Of a stretch of DNA of 60,358 bases, positions 30,264 to 39,387 are shown one piece after another. This DNA is from Rhodothermales bacterium (GTDB lineage: Bacteria > Bacteroidota > Rhodothermia > Rhodothermales > VXPQ01): positions 1-60,358 of the forward strand of contig JBBDTI010000091.1 of NCBI GenBank assembly GCA_040904565.1, read 5' to 3'. The first letter of the stretch is position 1, and each line of letters starts with the position of its first letter. The notes beneath the pieces are model-generated. The model saw only the letters and a list, made by a program, of their open reading frames with translations. It was not told where the DNA came from and ran no database searches. A program made the position numbers and the translations under genes.

Positions 30264-31087
30264 TCTGCTGAAGGATCAGGTTCACGTTGTGCGGCCCGAA
30301 GCAGGCGGATTACCGTCATCGCGCCGCGAAGTCCTTCCTTGGCGAGCGGCTCGACATCCACCTCCAATGAGAGCGGCCCGCCATAGCCGCTGCCGGCGAG
30401 AAGGCGAACCTGCGCGGGCCAGTCCACCTCACCCTCGTCTATCGGCGCCGGCGCCCACCCATTCCGCGCGGACGAAACGTTTCGGCACCGCACATGAGCC
30501 ACTCTCCCGCCCAGTGCGGCCAGTCCGTCATCAACGTCCTCACCCGCTGCTCGAGCTGCGGCCGGGTCCCAGGCAGCACCGACGACATCCATATCGACCG
30601 CCTCGAGGAGGTCCGCCAACGCCGCGCCGGTCGACACCGTGCCGTCGCGTTCATTCAGCACGCAGAGTCGGATGCCCGCATGCTGTGCCTTCCGCCCGAT
30701 TTGCTGCAGGGCATCCACGACGCGGCGCCTGTCAGATGGTGCGTCCGACCCGGTCGCCTCGTCGTCGCTTCGAAAACTGGACACTACGATACGTTCGCAT
30801 CCGACGCGCCGGCAAAAACCGAGCGTTTCCTCGAACTGGGCGATCTCGTTCATCCAGGTAACCCGATCGTCGATCGAGCCCATGAACGTCCCAGGGTCTA
30901 CGGCAACGACCGGCAATTCGCTGGCGACCAGGCGCGCCCTCACCTTTTGTTCGTTGACGTGGGGCACGCGGTCGTGCATTCCGCCGACACGCCGGAGTTC
31001 GACGCCTTCCAGCCCCCACAACAACGCATAGTGAACCGCTCGTTCCAGGTCGAACGATACGGAATCTGTAAGCAACGTGGGGACCAT
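30260..31087 (-). CDS. Sugar phosphate isomerase/epimerase (AP endonuclease 2 TIM barrel) family protein
   Basis: GLEGVELR, WDPA, GEVDW, GYGGPLSLE. Confidence 0.75.
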   Translation of the reverse strand: MVPTLLTDSVSFDLERAVHYALLWGLEGVELRRVGGMHDRVPHVNEQKVRARLVASELPVVAVDPGTFMGSIDDRVTWMNEIAQFEETLGFCRRVGCERIVVSSFRSDDEATGSDAPSDRRRVVDALQQIGRKAQHAGIRLCVLNERDGTVSTGAALADLLEAVDMDVVGAAWDPAAARAAGEDVDDGLAALGGRVAHVRCRNVSSARNGWAPAPIDEGEVDWPAQVRLLAGSGYGGPLSLEVDVEPLAKEGLRGAMTVIRLLRAAQREPDPSAE

Positions 31088-31123
31088 AGAATACGCCGTG
31101 CATCAAAGGAGGATAAAAAAACG

Positions 31124-32572
31124 CTATTCAGTATCTACCAGAGCGGGAGGAGGAATCGAGTCGCGCCGCGCCGGGAAAAACGTGGCGGCGTCCGTCGCCT
31201 GCAACATGGTGTTCCGGTACGCCGAATCACCCAGACGGCGAGCCCGCAAGATGGCCGAGTCCATCAGGGCCGATGCATTCGGTCGCTCCAGAACCGGCGC
31301 CGTGGGATCCCGCTCCCTGGCCAGCCGCTGTACCGACGGGGACGGTACGAGCACGACATCCCTATCGAAGAGTGGTTCCTCCGGTCGCCGAATGACCGTC
31401 AGGGGAATCCCGACATCACCCAGCATTTCGCGCACGTCCGCTTCCTCATCGGAAGAGAGGCCTACATAGACGACGGACCCGATTCTGTCGAGCGGCCACG
31501 TCGGATTCTCCAGGAAGTCCCGTAGACCCGCATGTCCGACCTGCGATCCCGACCAGATCGCGATCATGACGGATCGATCGGGCACCGTCCATCGCCGCGA
31601 AACGTAACTCAGATTGCGCGCCACTTCCATGACGGCGGCCGTAGAGATGCCGAAATTTCCGTAATCGATCGCGGATACGCCGGCAAAGTGGCCCATGGCG
31701 TCCAGGTCGGCACATAGCACGATCAACTCGCGCCGTTTCACGGGATCCTTCCCTGAAATATAGCTCAGTATATTTATCGCGCCGGCCCGCGGCTGATACT
31801 CCGTCCCAATTTGGGCCAACAGCATCTGCGGCAGCTCGATCACTTCGCCGTCGAAATCGGACAGATAGCCGTCGAGTTCGGCGAGCGGGACGGCGAAAAG
31901 TCGTGAGGCCGCGCCGGGCGTAATCTGCGTCACAAGGAGATTCCTGATCGGTGCCGGCTCGAAGCGTGGCCGCAACGCCGAAACGACGAGAGCGATACGA
32001 GCTCCGGCATTCCTCCACGCCCGCAGGTCGGCCGACGCACCTTCCGGAACCACGATGCCGAAGGGCTCGGACGGAATGGTGGCTCGTGCCGGATCATCGG
32101 CGGCGACGACCAGCCGGTCTACGCGTACCGACCCGGAATCGCTCAGCGCGTCCGGAACGTAGTCGATGCCCGCAAGATACGTCGTGGAGTCGCGCAGTCC
32201 GACCGTCCGCAACCGGCTCGACGCAGGGAAATTGACCGACGTCGGATACACGATGCGAAAATCGTCATCCACCGCCGGCTGCAGCCTGAACTCACGCATC
32301 CGTGCGGTCACGTAGGCGGCCGCTCGGGCGTACCCTTGCGTCCCGGTCGCGCGGCCCATGACATTGCCGCTATTCAGGAACGTAAGGTGATCGCGCAGCT
32401 CGGCGTCATTCCAGACTGGATCCATGGGTGTCGGCGCCACGGGCTGCGTAGGCACGCGAACGGCCGCGCACCCCGCAGCAAGAACGATCGTTCCTACGAC
32501 GGCCGCTGAGAGGATGGCTCCGGCCGAGAAGCCGGCGCATCCGAGGATCCGAGACAGGTACCGTACGTACAT
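31124..32572 (-). CDS. M28 peptidase-like lipoprotein with degenerate active site
   Basis: Lipobox LAAGC; HLTFL...GRATGT, NILSYISG, LIVLCADLD, VMEVAR, RSVMIAIWSG follow the M28 motif order, but Zn ligands are substituted. Confidence 0.7.
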   Translation of the reverse strand: MYVRYLSRILGCAGFSAGAILSAAVVGTIVLAAGCAAVRVPTQPVAPTPMDPVWNDAELRDHLTFLNSGNVMGRATGTQGYARAAAYVTARMREFRLQPAVDDDFRIVYPTSVNFPASSRLRTVGLRDSTTYLAGIDYVPDALSDSGSVRVDRLVVAADDPARATIPSEPFGIVVPEGASADLRAWRNAGARIALVVSALRPRFEPAPIRNLLVTQITPGAASRLFAVPLAELDGYLSDFDGEVIELPQMLLAQIGTEYQPRAGAINILSYISGKDPVKRRELIVLCADLDAMGHFAGVSAIDYGNFGISTAAVMEVARNLSYVSRRWTVPDRSVMIAIWSGSQVGHAGLRDFLENPTWPLDRIGSVVYVGLSSDEEADVREMLGDVGIPLTVIRRPEEPLFDRDVVLVPSPSVQRLARERDPTAPVLERPNASALMDSAILRARRLGDSAYRNTMLQATDAATFFPARRDSIPPPALVDTE

Positions 32573-32596
32573 ATGGAATAAGCCTCAAACGGGCTC

Positions 32597-33532
32597 GTGG
32601 AAGTTCTCTTGAACGGCGTAGATGCACCGTCTCCGCTCCTGCACAGGCCACGGCCCGAGCCGCGTCCGTCGAGCCGACCTCGATTCATGGTTTCAAACGC
32701 CCTTGCAGCCGCTGCCGTTCTTCGCCCTCAGCTACGGCGGGTGGAATCGATGGGTCTACTCGCGCTCGCGGGAGCCGTTGGGCTCATTCCCCTCGTGCTC
32801 TATGCACCGCGCCATGACGGATGGCGATATACGCTCCTCTTCCTCGTCTGCCTGTACGCGGGACGCAAGATCGTTCGGTTCGTCCGCGCGCGTCGGGCGC
32901 AGAAGCAGTTGAATGTGGAAGAACACGTTCTAAGGTACGGATCATCCGGTCGCCGCGTTCAGAAGTGCATTCAGAACGGCGAACATATGTGGACGCACAG
33001 CCGGATCGTAGCCGTTCTGACGGACATCTCCCGGGATCGCTTCCCGACCGAGCTCACCCTGGAAGCCAGACGCCGGCGCATTTATACGCGCTATCGACAG
33101 GCGTTTCGAGACCTAAGGCCCCAGAACGGACTGCTCGACACCGTGCTCGTCGTGTCGGTAGCCGGATTGACCGGCCTGGTGCCGACGATCGAGGTGGACC
33201 TGCGCACCGTGCTTTTCCTTGGAGGGTTTCTGGCGCTGTCCGTCGTAGCCTCCGTCGAATGCGTCCGCTGGTTCGCAGACGCGCGGCTTTCCTCCGCGGT
33301 CGACCGATGGTTCGGAGCGCTGAGTGAATGGACGCTCCGGGATTGCCTCGAGGTCCTTCAGGCGCATGAGAGTGCGTATTCCCACCGCGTCCTCTACTAC
33401 ACGCAGCCATGGTTTGCAGGCGGACCCTCATCTAAAGGCGGCACGTCGGACGACGACCTCGTCTTGCGGGCGGGCGACGGACTCAATCTACCATCCACCA
33501 TCATGCGTGACGACGATGCGCCGGACTCCTAG
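32597..33532 (+). CDS. Hypothetical membrane protein (start may be 32687)
   Basis: Two pairs of hydrophobic helices; fills the gap between the M28-like gene and the secretin; no family recognised. Confidence 0.55.
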   Translation: MEVLLNGVDAPSPLLHRPRPEPRPSSRPRFMVSNALAAAAVLRPQLRRVESMGLLALAGAVGLIPLVLYAPRHDGWRYTLLFLVCLYAGRKIVRFVRARRAQKQLNVEEHVLRYGSSGRRVQKCIQNGEHMWTHSRIVAVLTDISRDRFPTELTLEARRRRIYTRYRQAFRDLRPQNGLLDTVLVVSVAGLTGLVPTIEVDLRTVLFLGGFLALSVVASVECVRWFADARLSSAVDRWFGALSEWTLRDCLEVLQAHESAYSHRVLYYTQPWFAGGPSSKGGTSDDDLVLRAGDGLNLPSTIMRDDDAPDS

Positions 33533-34896
33533 CGCCGTCCTTCGGGCACTTCGACGGCCTCCGGTTCGAATCCGGCGTTCTCCAGCACCTCTCGGATTTT
33601 CGCGCGCCGCTTTATCAACATATCACGTTCGAGCGGTCGATCGGCTCGGACGTGCAGCGGTTCGAGGGTCTCGGCCTGAAGCACGATCAGAAGCTCTTTT
33701 TCCGAAACGGTCGTCTGATTGAAGCCGAACACGTAGCGGATGCCGAAGAACCACCACGGCAGATCTTTAAGCAGTGGGATGCCGCGGCGTGAAATCGATT
33801 CCTCCGTGGTATAGAGTCCGCCAATCACCGTCTGTTCGCCATCCAGCAGGAGTACCTGCGTGGTCGCCTTGTTACGGTCGATGACGAGTCCCTGCAGAGA
33901 GGGCCGTCCGTTCGACTTCTCGACGTCGACGTTTAGATGGATGAAGTCCAGTTCCGGAGCGTTCGCCGTGTCGGCGAGCGCCTGAGTGAGCAGCGTCGGC
34001 AGCACGTTGATAATAATGCCTGTCGAATAGAACTGCGTGACGGTATTGCCGGAGAAATCCCGGATCTGCACGGGTACGTCCGATCCGATCTGAATACGTC
34101 CTTCTTCACCGCTCTGTACGGTGATTTCAGGGTTCGCCACCGTCTCACCGATGCCCTCGTTCTCGAGGAGGCGGAACAGCTGCGTCAGCGTCGACAGCTC
34201 GATGTCTGCGGGTGCATCCAGAAACTCGTCGAAGCTGTCAAACAATTCGCCGGTCTTGAGTCTGAACTGCGGCACCTCGGAGTCTCCGCTTCCGCCCTGG
34301 CCGCCGCCACCTGCGCCCTGGCCTTGACCGCCCTCGCCGAACAGCACGTTCCAGTCCATCCCCAGCTCACGGGCCCGGGTCAGGTTGAGTTCGAACAGGA
34401 CCGCATTGATTCGGATTTCGCGGGATGCGAGGGAAGCCGGAATGTTCTCCGCGCCCGCGCGTCCCTCTCCCGACCCGGCGCGCGCGTCCTGTGCATCGAC
34501 GACGTCCTGCGTTTCGGGGGCCTCCTCCACGACGAAGTACCGATCCGTCTCACGATACCGAAGTCCGTGGTAATCGACGACCAGCTCGAATGCGTCGAAA
34601 AAATGCATCCCGGCGATCGACACGTCGATGGAAAAATCGGACTCCGTCGGGTCCACGATCGCCTTGCCCGTGACGCGCTCGAAGATCGGATTCAGGAAAT
34701 CGACGAACACGTTGAACGGCGTCGAGGGAAGAAACGACACCAGCTGATCGGGCGGTACGTACGTGCGCAGCTGCCGCTGCGATGGACGATCCTGTGCCCG
34801 GGCGTCCGTCGGAAGAACGAGTATCAGTCCCAGTGCCAGCAGGGCGCCTAGGAGGATGGCCGTATGTGTTCGTCGTACCGTCATCGTTGGGTGCAA
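33529..34896 (-). CDS. pilQ: Secretin (PilQ/GspD family), short form
   Basis: Signal peptide; ELGMDW, IGSDVP, TGIIINVLP, TTQVLLLDGEQTVIGGL, GIPLLKDLP, ELLIVL secretin motifs. Confidence 0.85.
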   Translation of the reverse strand: MHPTMTVRRTHTAILLGALLALGLILVLPTDARAQDRPSQRQLRTYVPPDQLVSFLPSTPFNVFVDFLNPIFERVTGKAIVDPTESDFSIDVSIAGMHFFDAFELVVDYHGLRYRETDRYFVVEEAPETQDVVDAQDARAGSGEGRAGAENIPASLASREIRINAVLFELNLTRARELGMDWNVLFGEGGQGQGAGGGGQGGSGDSEVPQFRLKTGELFDSFDEFLDAPADIELSTLTQLFRLLENEGIGETVANPEITVQSGEEGRIQIGSDVPVQIRDFSGNTVTQFYSTGIIINVLPTLLTQALADTANAPELDFIHLNVDVEKSNGRPSLQGLVIDRNKATTQVLLLDGEQTVIGGLYTTEESISRRGIPLLKDLPWWFFGIRYVFGFNQTTVSEKELLIVLQAETLEPLHVRADRPLERDMLIKRRAKIREVLENAGFEPEAVEVPEGRR

Positions 34897-34994
34897 TCGT
34901 TGTGTTTGGATCAGGGTTGTCTGCGCCTCATCGTGGCGGGCGTCAGCCGTGCGTCGTGGGCCTGCGGGTGGTGGCTGGTCGAAATGGTGCCGCG

Positions 34995-35990
34995 TTAGTT
35001 GGATGGCGTGAGGCTCGCCGGACCCACGGCCTGCCGATACGAGGCGTCCGGGCCGATGGACTTCACGATCTCGTCAATGATGCCGCCCTTGTTCAGGCGT
35101 GCAACGACGCGTCCCGTCGCCGGATCGACCTCGATGACCTGTCCGAGATAGACCCGCTCACCGATTCGCACGGAGCGTACTTCTCCGTCTTCCTGAAACA
35201 CGGCCCGGTCCCCGACGATGGAGACGAGCTGCGCCGATTCGATGTCGATACGATCGTAGGTGTTGGGTGGAATCTGTTCGAGGACGGCCGGATAAAAGGG
35301 ATTGGCAGCCGGTTGAACGTCCGGCAGAACGTCGAGCGGCACGGGCGGCAGTGCGTCATTTCCTCGGATGGCCAGCGACGGTTCCTCATACGACGCTGCA
35401 TCGAGCCGATCCGGCGCACTGGCGCCTTCGATGCCGTCGAAATAGGCTTCGATGCGGCCTCGGAACGACACCATCACGTCCAGGCGGTCCGTTCCTCGAA
35501 CCCTGTCCTGCGTGACGAGATCGATGTGATCGAGCGAGAGATCGTGCACACGATAGAAGTGGCGGTTGTTCTCGAGCTCCCACACGAGCCGGTAAAGACT
35601 GTTGTAATAGGCGCGTCCCGTCACCTCAAAGGCGTAGTACGCGTAGTCGGGCGAGCGATGCTCGCCGGCGTAGGTGATATCGAAGTTCTTGAAGCCTCCG
35701 GCCGTCAGGTCATTGAGATACCCGACGACGTCCGCCGTCGAGAGCTCTTTCGGAATGACCTTGTAGCGTGCCCGCCACTTCCGCACGGCGTTGTCCGCCA
35801 TCTGTTCGAGCGCGGTCTGCTCGGTTTCGAGCGAGATCAGCTCGGCGTGTTTCATCGTGGCTACCTGCTCGGCCTTTTCCAGGCGCTCGAGCTGCTTGGG
35901 TTGATAGCTGAAGGTATAATAGGCGCCCACCGCGGATACCAGCAGCCAGCTGGCTGCCATCATCCAGCCTTTGAGTCCGATCTTCTTCAT
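34995..35990 (-). CDS. PilO-like protein with C-terminal PilP-like domain
   Basis: N-terminal TM plus coiled coil, PilO-like FEVTGRAYYNSLYRLVWELEN, then NPF motif and a beta domain (LVSIVGDRAVF...VRIGE); position between PilMN and the secretin. Confidence 0.6.
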   Translation of the reverse strand: MKKIGLKGWMMAASWLLVSAVGAYYTFSYQPKQLERLEKAEQVATMKHAELISLETEQTALEQMADNAVRKWRARYKVIPKELSTADVVGYLNDLTAGGFKNFDITYAGEHRSPDYAYYAFEVTGRAYYNSLYRLVWELENNRHFYRVHDLSLDHIDLVTQDRVRGTDRLDVMVSFRGRIEAYFDGIEGASAPDRLDAASYEEPSLAIRGNDALPPVPLDVLPDVQPAANPFYPAVLEQIPPNTYDRIDIESAQLVSIVGDRAVFQEDGEVRSVRIGERVYLGQVIEVDPATGRVVARLNKGGIIDEIVKSIGPDASYRQAVGPASLTPSN

Positions 35991-37831
35991 CGTTCCGTAC
36001 CGTCATTCAGAGTAGTCGAGTAGCGATCGTCTTCGTCCACCACCGGATGGTCGTCGAGCCGCACGCTTTCGCGGAGATACTGCGCGGCCCGCGGGAGCGA
36101 GTCGCCGACGGGAATGGACATCGAATAGGAATACACGGGCCACTCTCGAATTTCCGAGAAGCTCAGCGACTCGATGATGCCGTCCACCCGTGAAGCGAAC
36201 ACGACGACGTTGTCGCGCGAGGTGGCATTGCCGGCCAGCTGGATGTGTCCCACGCCGGGTTCGAGGCTTTCGATCCAGAATCCGGAGAGCCGAGACGCCT
36301 CCATCGAGGTGTTCTCCAGAACGCGACTCCACCGATCGCTGCCGATAAGCAGCGTGTCGAGGACCTCGATGGCGCGCGTGTACGTAGCGTAGAGATGCTG
36401 CATGCTGTCGATCTGAGCCTGCAGCACGCCGATGTCCTGGTCGACCTCTTCGGGCGCCACCTCCTCCAGCCGGTCCCGGTACGTCGCCATCTCCGATTCT
36501 GCCGTCGAGTACCGGGCCATGAAGAACAGGACGGTGGCTACGATCGCGACGCTCATCGCTATCATGTGCAGCGATACCGGGAGCTGGATCTTCCGCCTGA
36601 GGAGGCGCTTCGGCAAGAAGTTGATGTCTTCGAACGAATCCGCGAACGGTGACCCCTTGAGGACCCGGAGCGCGACGCCGCATGCCGACACAATCGCCGT
36701 AGCACCGTCGTCCACCTCGTCGTCGACCTCAGGGAGGTAGTCACGGAGCAGGTCCACCTCGGCGTCGGGGAAGAAGACTCCAAACGATTCAGCGAGCTCC
36801 TTCTCGCGCTCCTCACTCAGCAGCAGGATGTGGTCTACCTCACCTTCGCCGTGCTCGTCCTGCTGGAGGAGAACGCGGCTGCAGATGGTTTCAGCCTGAT
36901 CGAACGCCGTCAGGGAGCGAAGGATTTCCGCGTGGTGTACCGTACGTCCACTAAGAAATGCAACCAGCGTATCTTCGGCGCCCGCTCGCACGACGAGCGT
37001 TCGCGACGACGCGCTCACCTTGGCGTCGACGACTTCTTCGTTGCCGCCGTGGTCGAACAGCGTCACCGATTCGTCGGCGGCTGCGACCGGACGGCTTCGG
37101 AAATCGTAGACGTCGCGAGCCGCAACGGAAAGACCCATCAATACGCTAAGCTCGGCATCGAGCAGCGAGGCGTGCGGAAGCACGTCGCGCGTCTTTCGAA
37201 GCTCGGTGAGGGTGACGGACACGGGGTCCGTAGGCTTCGGAAACAGGGCCAGATAGCGGCCCTCTCCCTCGTCGACCCGGTTCATGGGCAGGAACACGAC
37301 GCGGTCGGCATCGAACGGGCTGCTGTATTCCGTGGCCAGTCGCTCTAGCAGGTCGTCGCGATCGTGCCGACCCGATTTCCCGGGCGGAACGGCGATTTCG
37401 AAGAACGGGGCCTCCGTGGCGCTGAGTGTAAAGGCCAGCACGACGTCGTCGTACCCTGCCTCTTCGACCTCGGAGAGGATATCCCCCAGTTCGAAGTCGA
37501 ACGGCTGCGCGATCGCCGGGGCCGTGGCGGCCTCACCTGCATCATCGGAAACACCGAACTCCGACCCCAGGAAGAGATTCGCGTTCGAGGAGGGCCCATC
37601 GCCGAATTCGATGGTAAAGTCGTCGCCTCCGTCGATGGACTGGTCCGTCGACGGCTCGTCGTGGTGGGGTGCGACGTCCTCGTATCCCGTCGGCGCGATC
37701 GTGCGCGTTCGGACGAACCGGCGTACGACCTCGGGTCCGTTCGGGCCCCCTTCGAGCAGCACTGCATGTACGGCACGCGGGGTCGCCGCGATGCCGAGAA
37801 CGCGTTCTGACGTTTTATGCTTCTTATTCAT
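35987..37831 (-). CDS. PilM-PilN fusion-like alignment protein
   Basis: N-terminal VLGI...(PilM-like region), INFLP (PilN INLLP motif), TM, coiled coil, WIESL...IQLAGNA PilN core. Confidence 0.65.
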   Translation of the reverse strand: MNKKHKTSERVLGIAATPRAVHAVLLEGGPNGPEVVRRFVRTRTIAPTGYEDVAPHHDEPSTDQSIDGGDDFTIEFGDGPSSNANLFLGSEFGVSDDAGEAATAPAIAQPFDFELGDILSEVEEAGYDDVVLAFTLSATEAPFFEIAVPPGKSGRHDRDDLLERLATEYSSPFDADRVVFLPMNRVDEGEGRYLALFPKPTDPVSVTLTELRKTRDVLPHASLLDAELSVLMGLSVAARDVYDFRSRPVAAADESVTLFDHGGNEEVVDAKVSASSRTLVVRAGAEDTLVAFLSGRTVHHAEILRSLTAFDQAETICSRVLLQQDEHGEGEVDHILLLSEEREKELAESFGVFFPDAEVDLLRDYLPEVDDEVDDGATAIVSACGVALRVLKGSPFADSFEDINFLPKRLLRRKIQLPVSLHMIAMSVAIVATVLFFMARYSTAESEMATYRDRLEEVAPEEVDQDIGVLQAQIDSMQHLYATYTRAIEVLDTLLIGSDRWSRVLENTSMEASRLSGFWIESLEPGVGHIQLAGNATSRDNVVVFASRVDGIIESLSFSEIREWPVYSYSMSIPVGDSLPRAAQYLRESVRLDDHPVVDEDDRYSTTLNDGTER

Positions 37832-37868
37832 CGTAGAGGTAGTAATGCATCTTCGCGAAAGGTGACCG

Positions 37869-39182
37869 CTAGGAGAGCAGCTGCTGGATGCGCCGCTTGT
37901 TGTTTGCGTAATTCATCGCCGTCTCGGGAGTGATCAGGCGCTGGCGGGCGAGCCGAACGAGATCCTGTTCCATGGTGACCTCGCCGTGCGATCCGCCCTC
38001 CCACATCATCTGGTAGATTTCCGCCGTGTTGTTATTCTTGATCGCTGCGCGCGCGGACGGCAGCATCCACAGGACCTCTTTCGCCAGAATGCGCCCGCCG
38101 CCAATTTTCGGACACAGCTTCTGTGAGATGACGCACCGCAGGACGTCGGCCAGGCGATTGCGCACGCGCTCCTGCTCGTGCGGCGGGTATTCGGCGATGA
38201 TGCGATCGATGCTTTCCACGGCCGAGCTCGTATGCAGCGTCGAGAACACCTTGTGACCGGAGTCCGTGATCTCGAGCGCAGCCGAAATAGTGGTCGGGTC
38301 CCGCATTTCCCCGATGACCACCATGTCGGGGTCCTGACGCAGGGCCTGCACGATGCCGTCCTTGAAGGATCGGACGTCCTTGCCCACCTCGCGGTGGCGC
38401 ACGATGCAGCGCTTCGACTCGTGCATGTATTCGATCGGATGCCCGATGATGACGACGTGAGCCGCCACGTCGCGGTTGTTGGCGTCGATGATCGCGTCGA
38501 GCGTGGTACTCTTACCAGAGCCGGTAACACCGGTGACGAGGGTCAGTCCATCCCGCTCGTAGCGAAACATGAGTCCGCGTTCGATGACCGGATGAAAACC
38601 GATCGATTTGATCGGGCGCACCTCGTTCGTGATGGCGCGTACCGAAATGGCCAGCTGGTCGTAGTCGTAATACAGCGAGCAGCGGAAGCGATGCCGCCCC
38701 TCTCGCCCGGTGCCGAGGTCGACCGTCCGCGAGAAGTCGACGGCATACTCGTCGAACAGGACGTCGATCTGCCGCTGATTCAACTGGCAGAGCAGCAGAA
38801 AGCTGGCTTCGTCCACGGAATAGGTGCCTACTTTCTCGTGCGGACGCTTCTCACCGTCGATTCGAAACCACACGTATCCCTTCGCTGCCGGTCCGCCGAA
38901 GTCCATGTCCGACGCGCCGTGCTCTAACATATAGTGCAGCAGCTGATCGAGGTGGGAGGAGAGATCGATGCGATCGCGGTCCGGCAGGCGACGTACCTCG
39001 TCGGCCAGGTGACGGATGCGTGCGTCGCCCCGCAGCAATCGCGGAATGCGCTCCACGGCTTCGCGGCACGTGCCGGGCACGTCGATGGCGACGCGCGAAG
39101 CAACGAACGGTGCGCGGCCGTTGGCCGGCGTCGATTCTTGGAAGGTCGACTTCACTGCAAGAAGAGATTCGACTGAGTACAC
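37869..39182 (-). CDS. pilT: PilT/PilU-family retraction ATPase
   Basis: ASD, GVTGSGKSTT, HREVG, ALRQDPD..GEMRD, GHKVFSTLHT, VISQKL; start uncertain. Confidence 0.85.
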   Translation of the reverse strand: MYSVESLLAVKSTFQESTPANGRAPFVASRVAIDVPGTCREAVERIPRLLRGDARIRHLADEVRRLPDRDRIDLSSHLDQLLHYMLEHGASDMDFGGPAAKGYVWFRIDGEKRPHEKVGTYSVDEASFLLLCQLNQRQIDVLFDEYAVDFSRTVDLGTGREGRHRFRCSLYYDYDQLAISVRAITNEVRPIKSIGFHPVIERGLMFRYERDGLTLVTGVTGSGKSTTLDAIIDANNRDVAAHVVIIGHPIEYMHESKRCIVRHREVGKDVRSFKDGIVQALRQDPDMVVIGEMRDPTTISAALEITDSGHKVFSTLHTSSAVESIDRIIAEYPPHEQERVRNRLADVLRCVISQKLCPKIGGGRILAKEVLWMLPSARAAIKNNNTAEIYQMMWEGGSHGEVTMEQDLVRLARQRLITPETAMNYANNKRRIQQLLS

Positions 39183-39201
39183 TACACTGGAATCACCCTC
39201 T

Positions 39202-39229
39202 GTATCGGCGGCGATCGGAAAAACCTAAG
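39202..39229 (-). promoter_or_regulatory. Sigma28 (FliA)-like promoter CTTAG-N15-GCCGATAC upstream of pilT
   Basis: Minus strand reads cttag gtttttccgatcgcc gccgatac; same spacing and -10 as the motif at 7576-7603. Confidence 0.55.
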
Positions 39230-39327
39230 CCGGATCGTAAAAAGATTTACCGATCGAGCGTTGGGCTATCTACCTACCGGCCCTCGCCTCGAGAGTATTC
39301 CTCCTGGTGCCGTATCGGAGGCCTACG

Positions 39328-39359
39328 AAAAAGGGCCGCGCCCTTTCGGTCGCGGCCCT
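39328..39359 (-). terminator. Rho-independent terminator after the PilX-like gene
   Basis: agggccgcg...cgcggccct stem next to aaaaa on the plus strand (U tract on minus). Confidence 0.75.
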
Positions 39360-39387
39360 CCCTTCGATAGGTACTTCTACCTACGGC

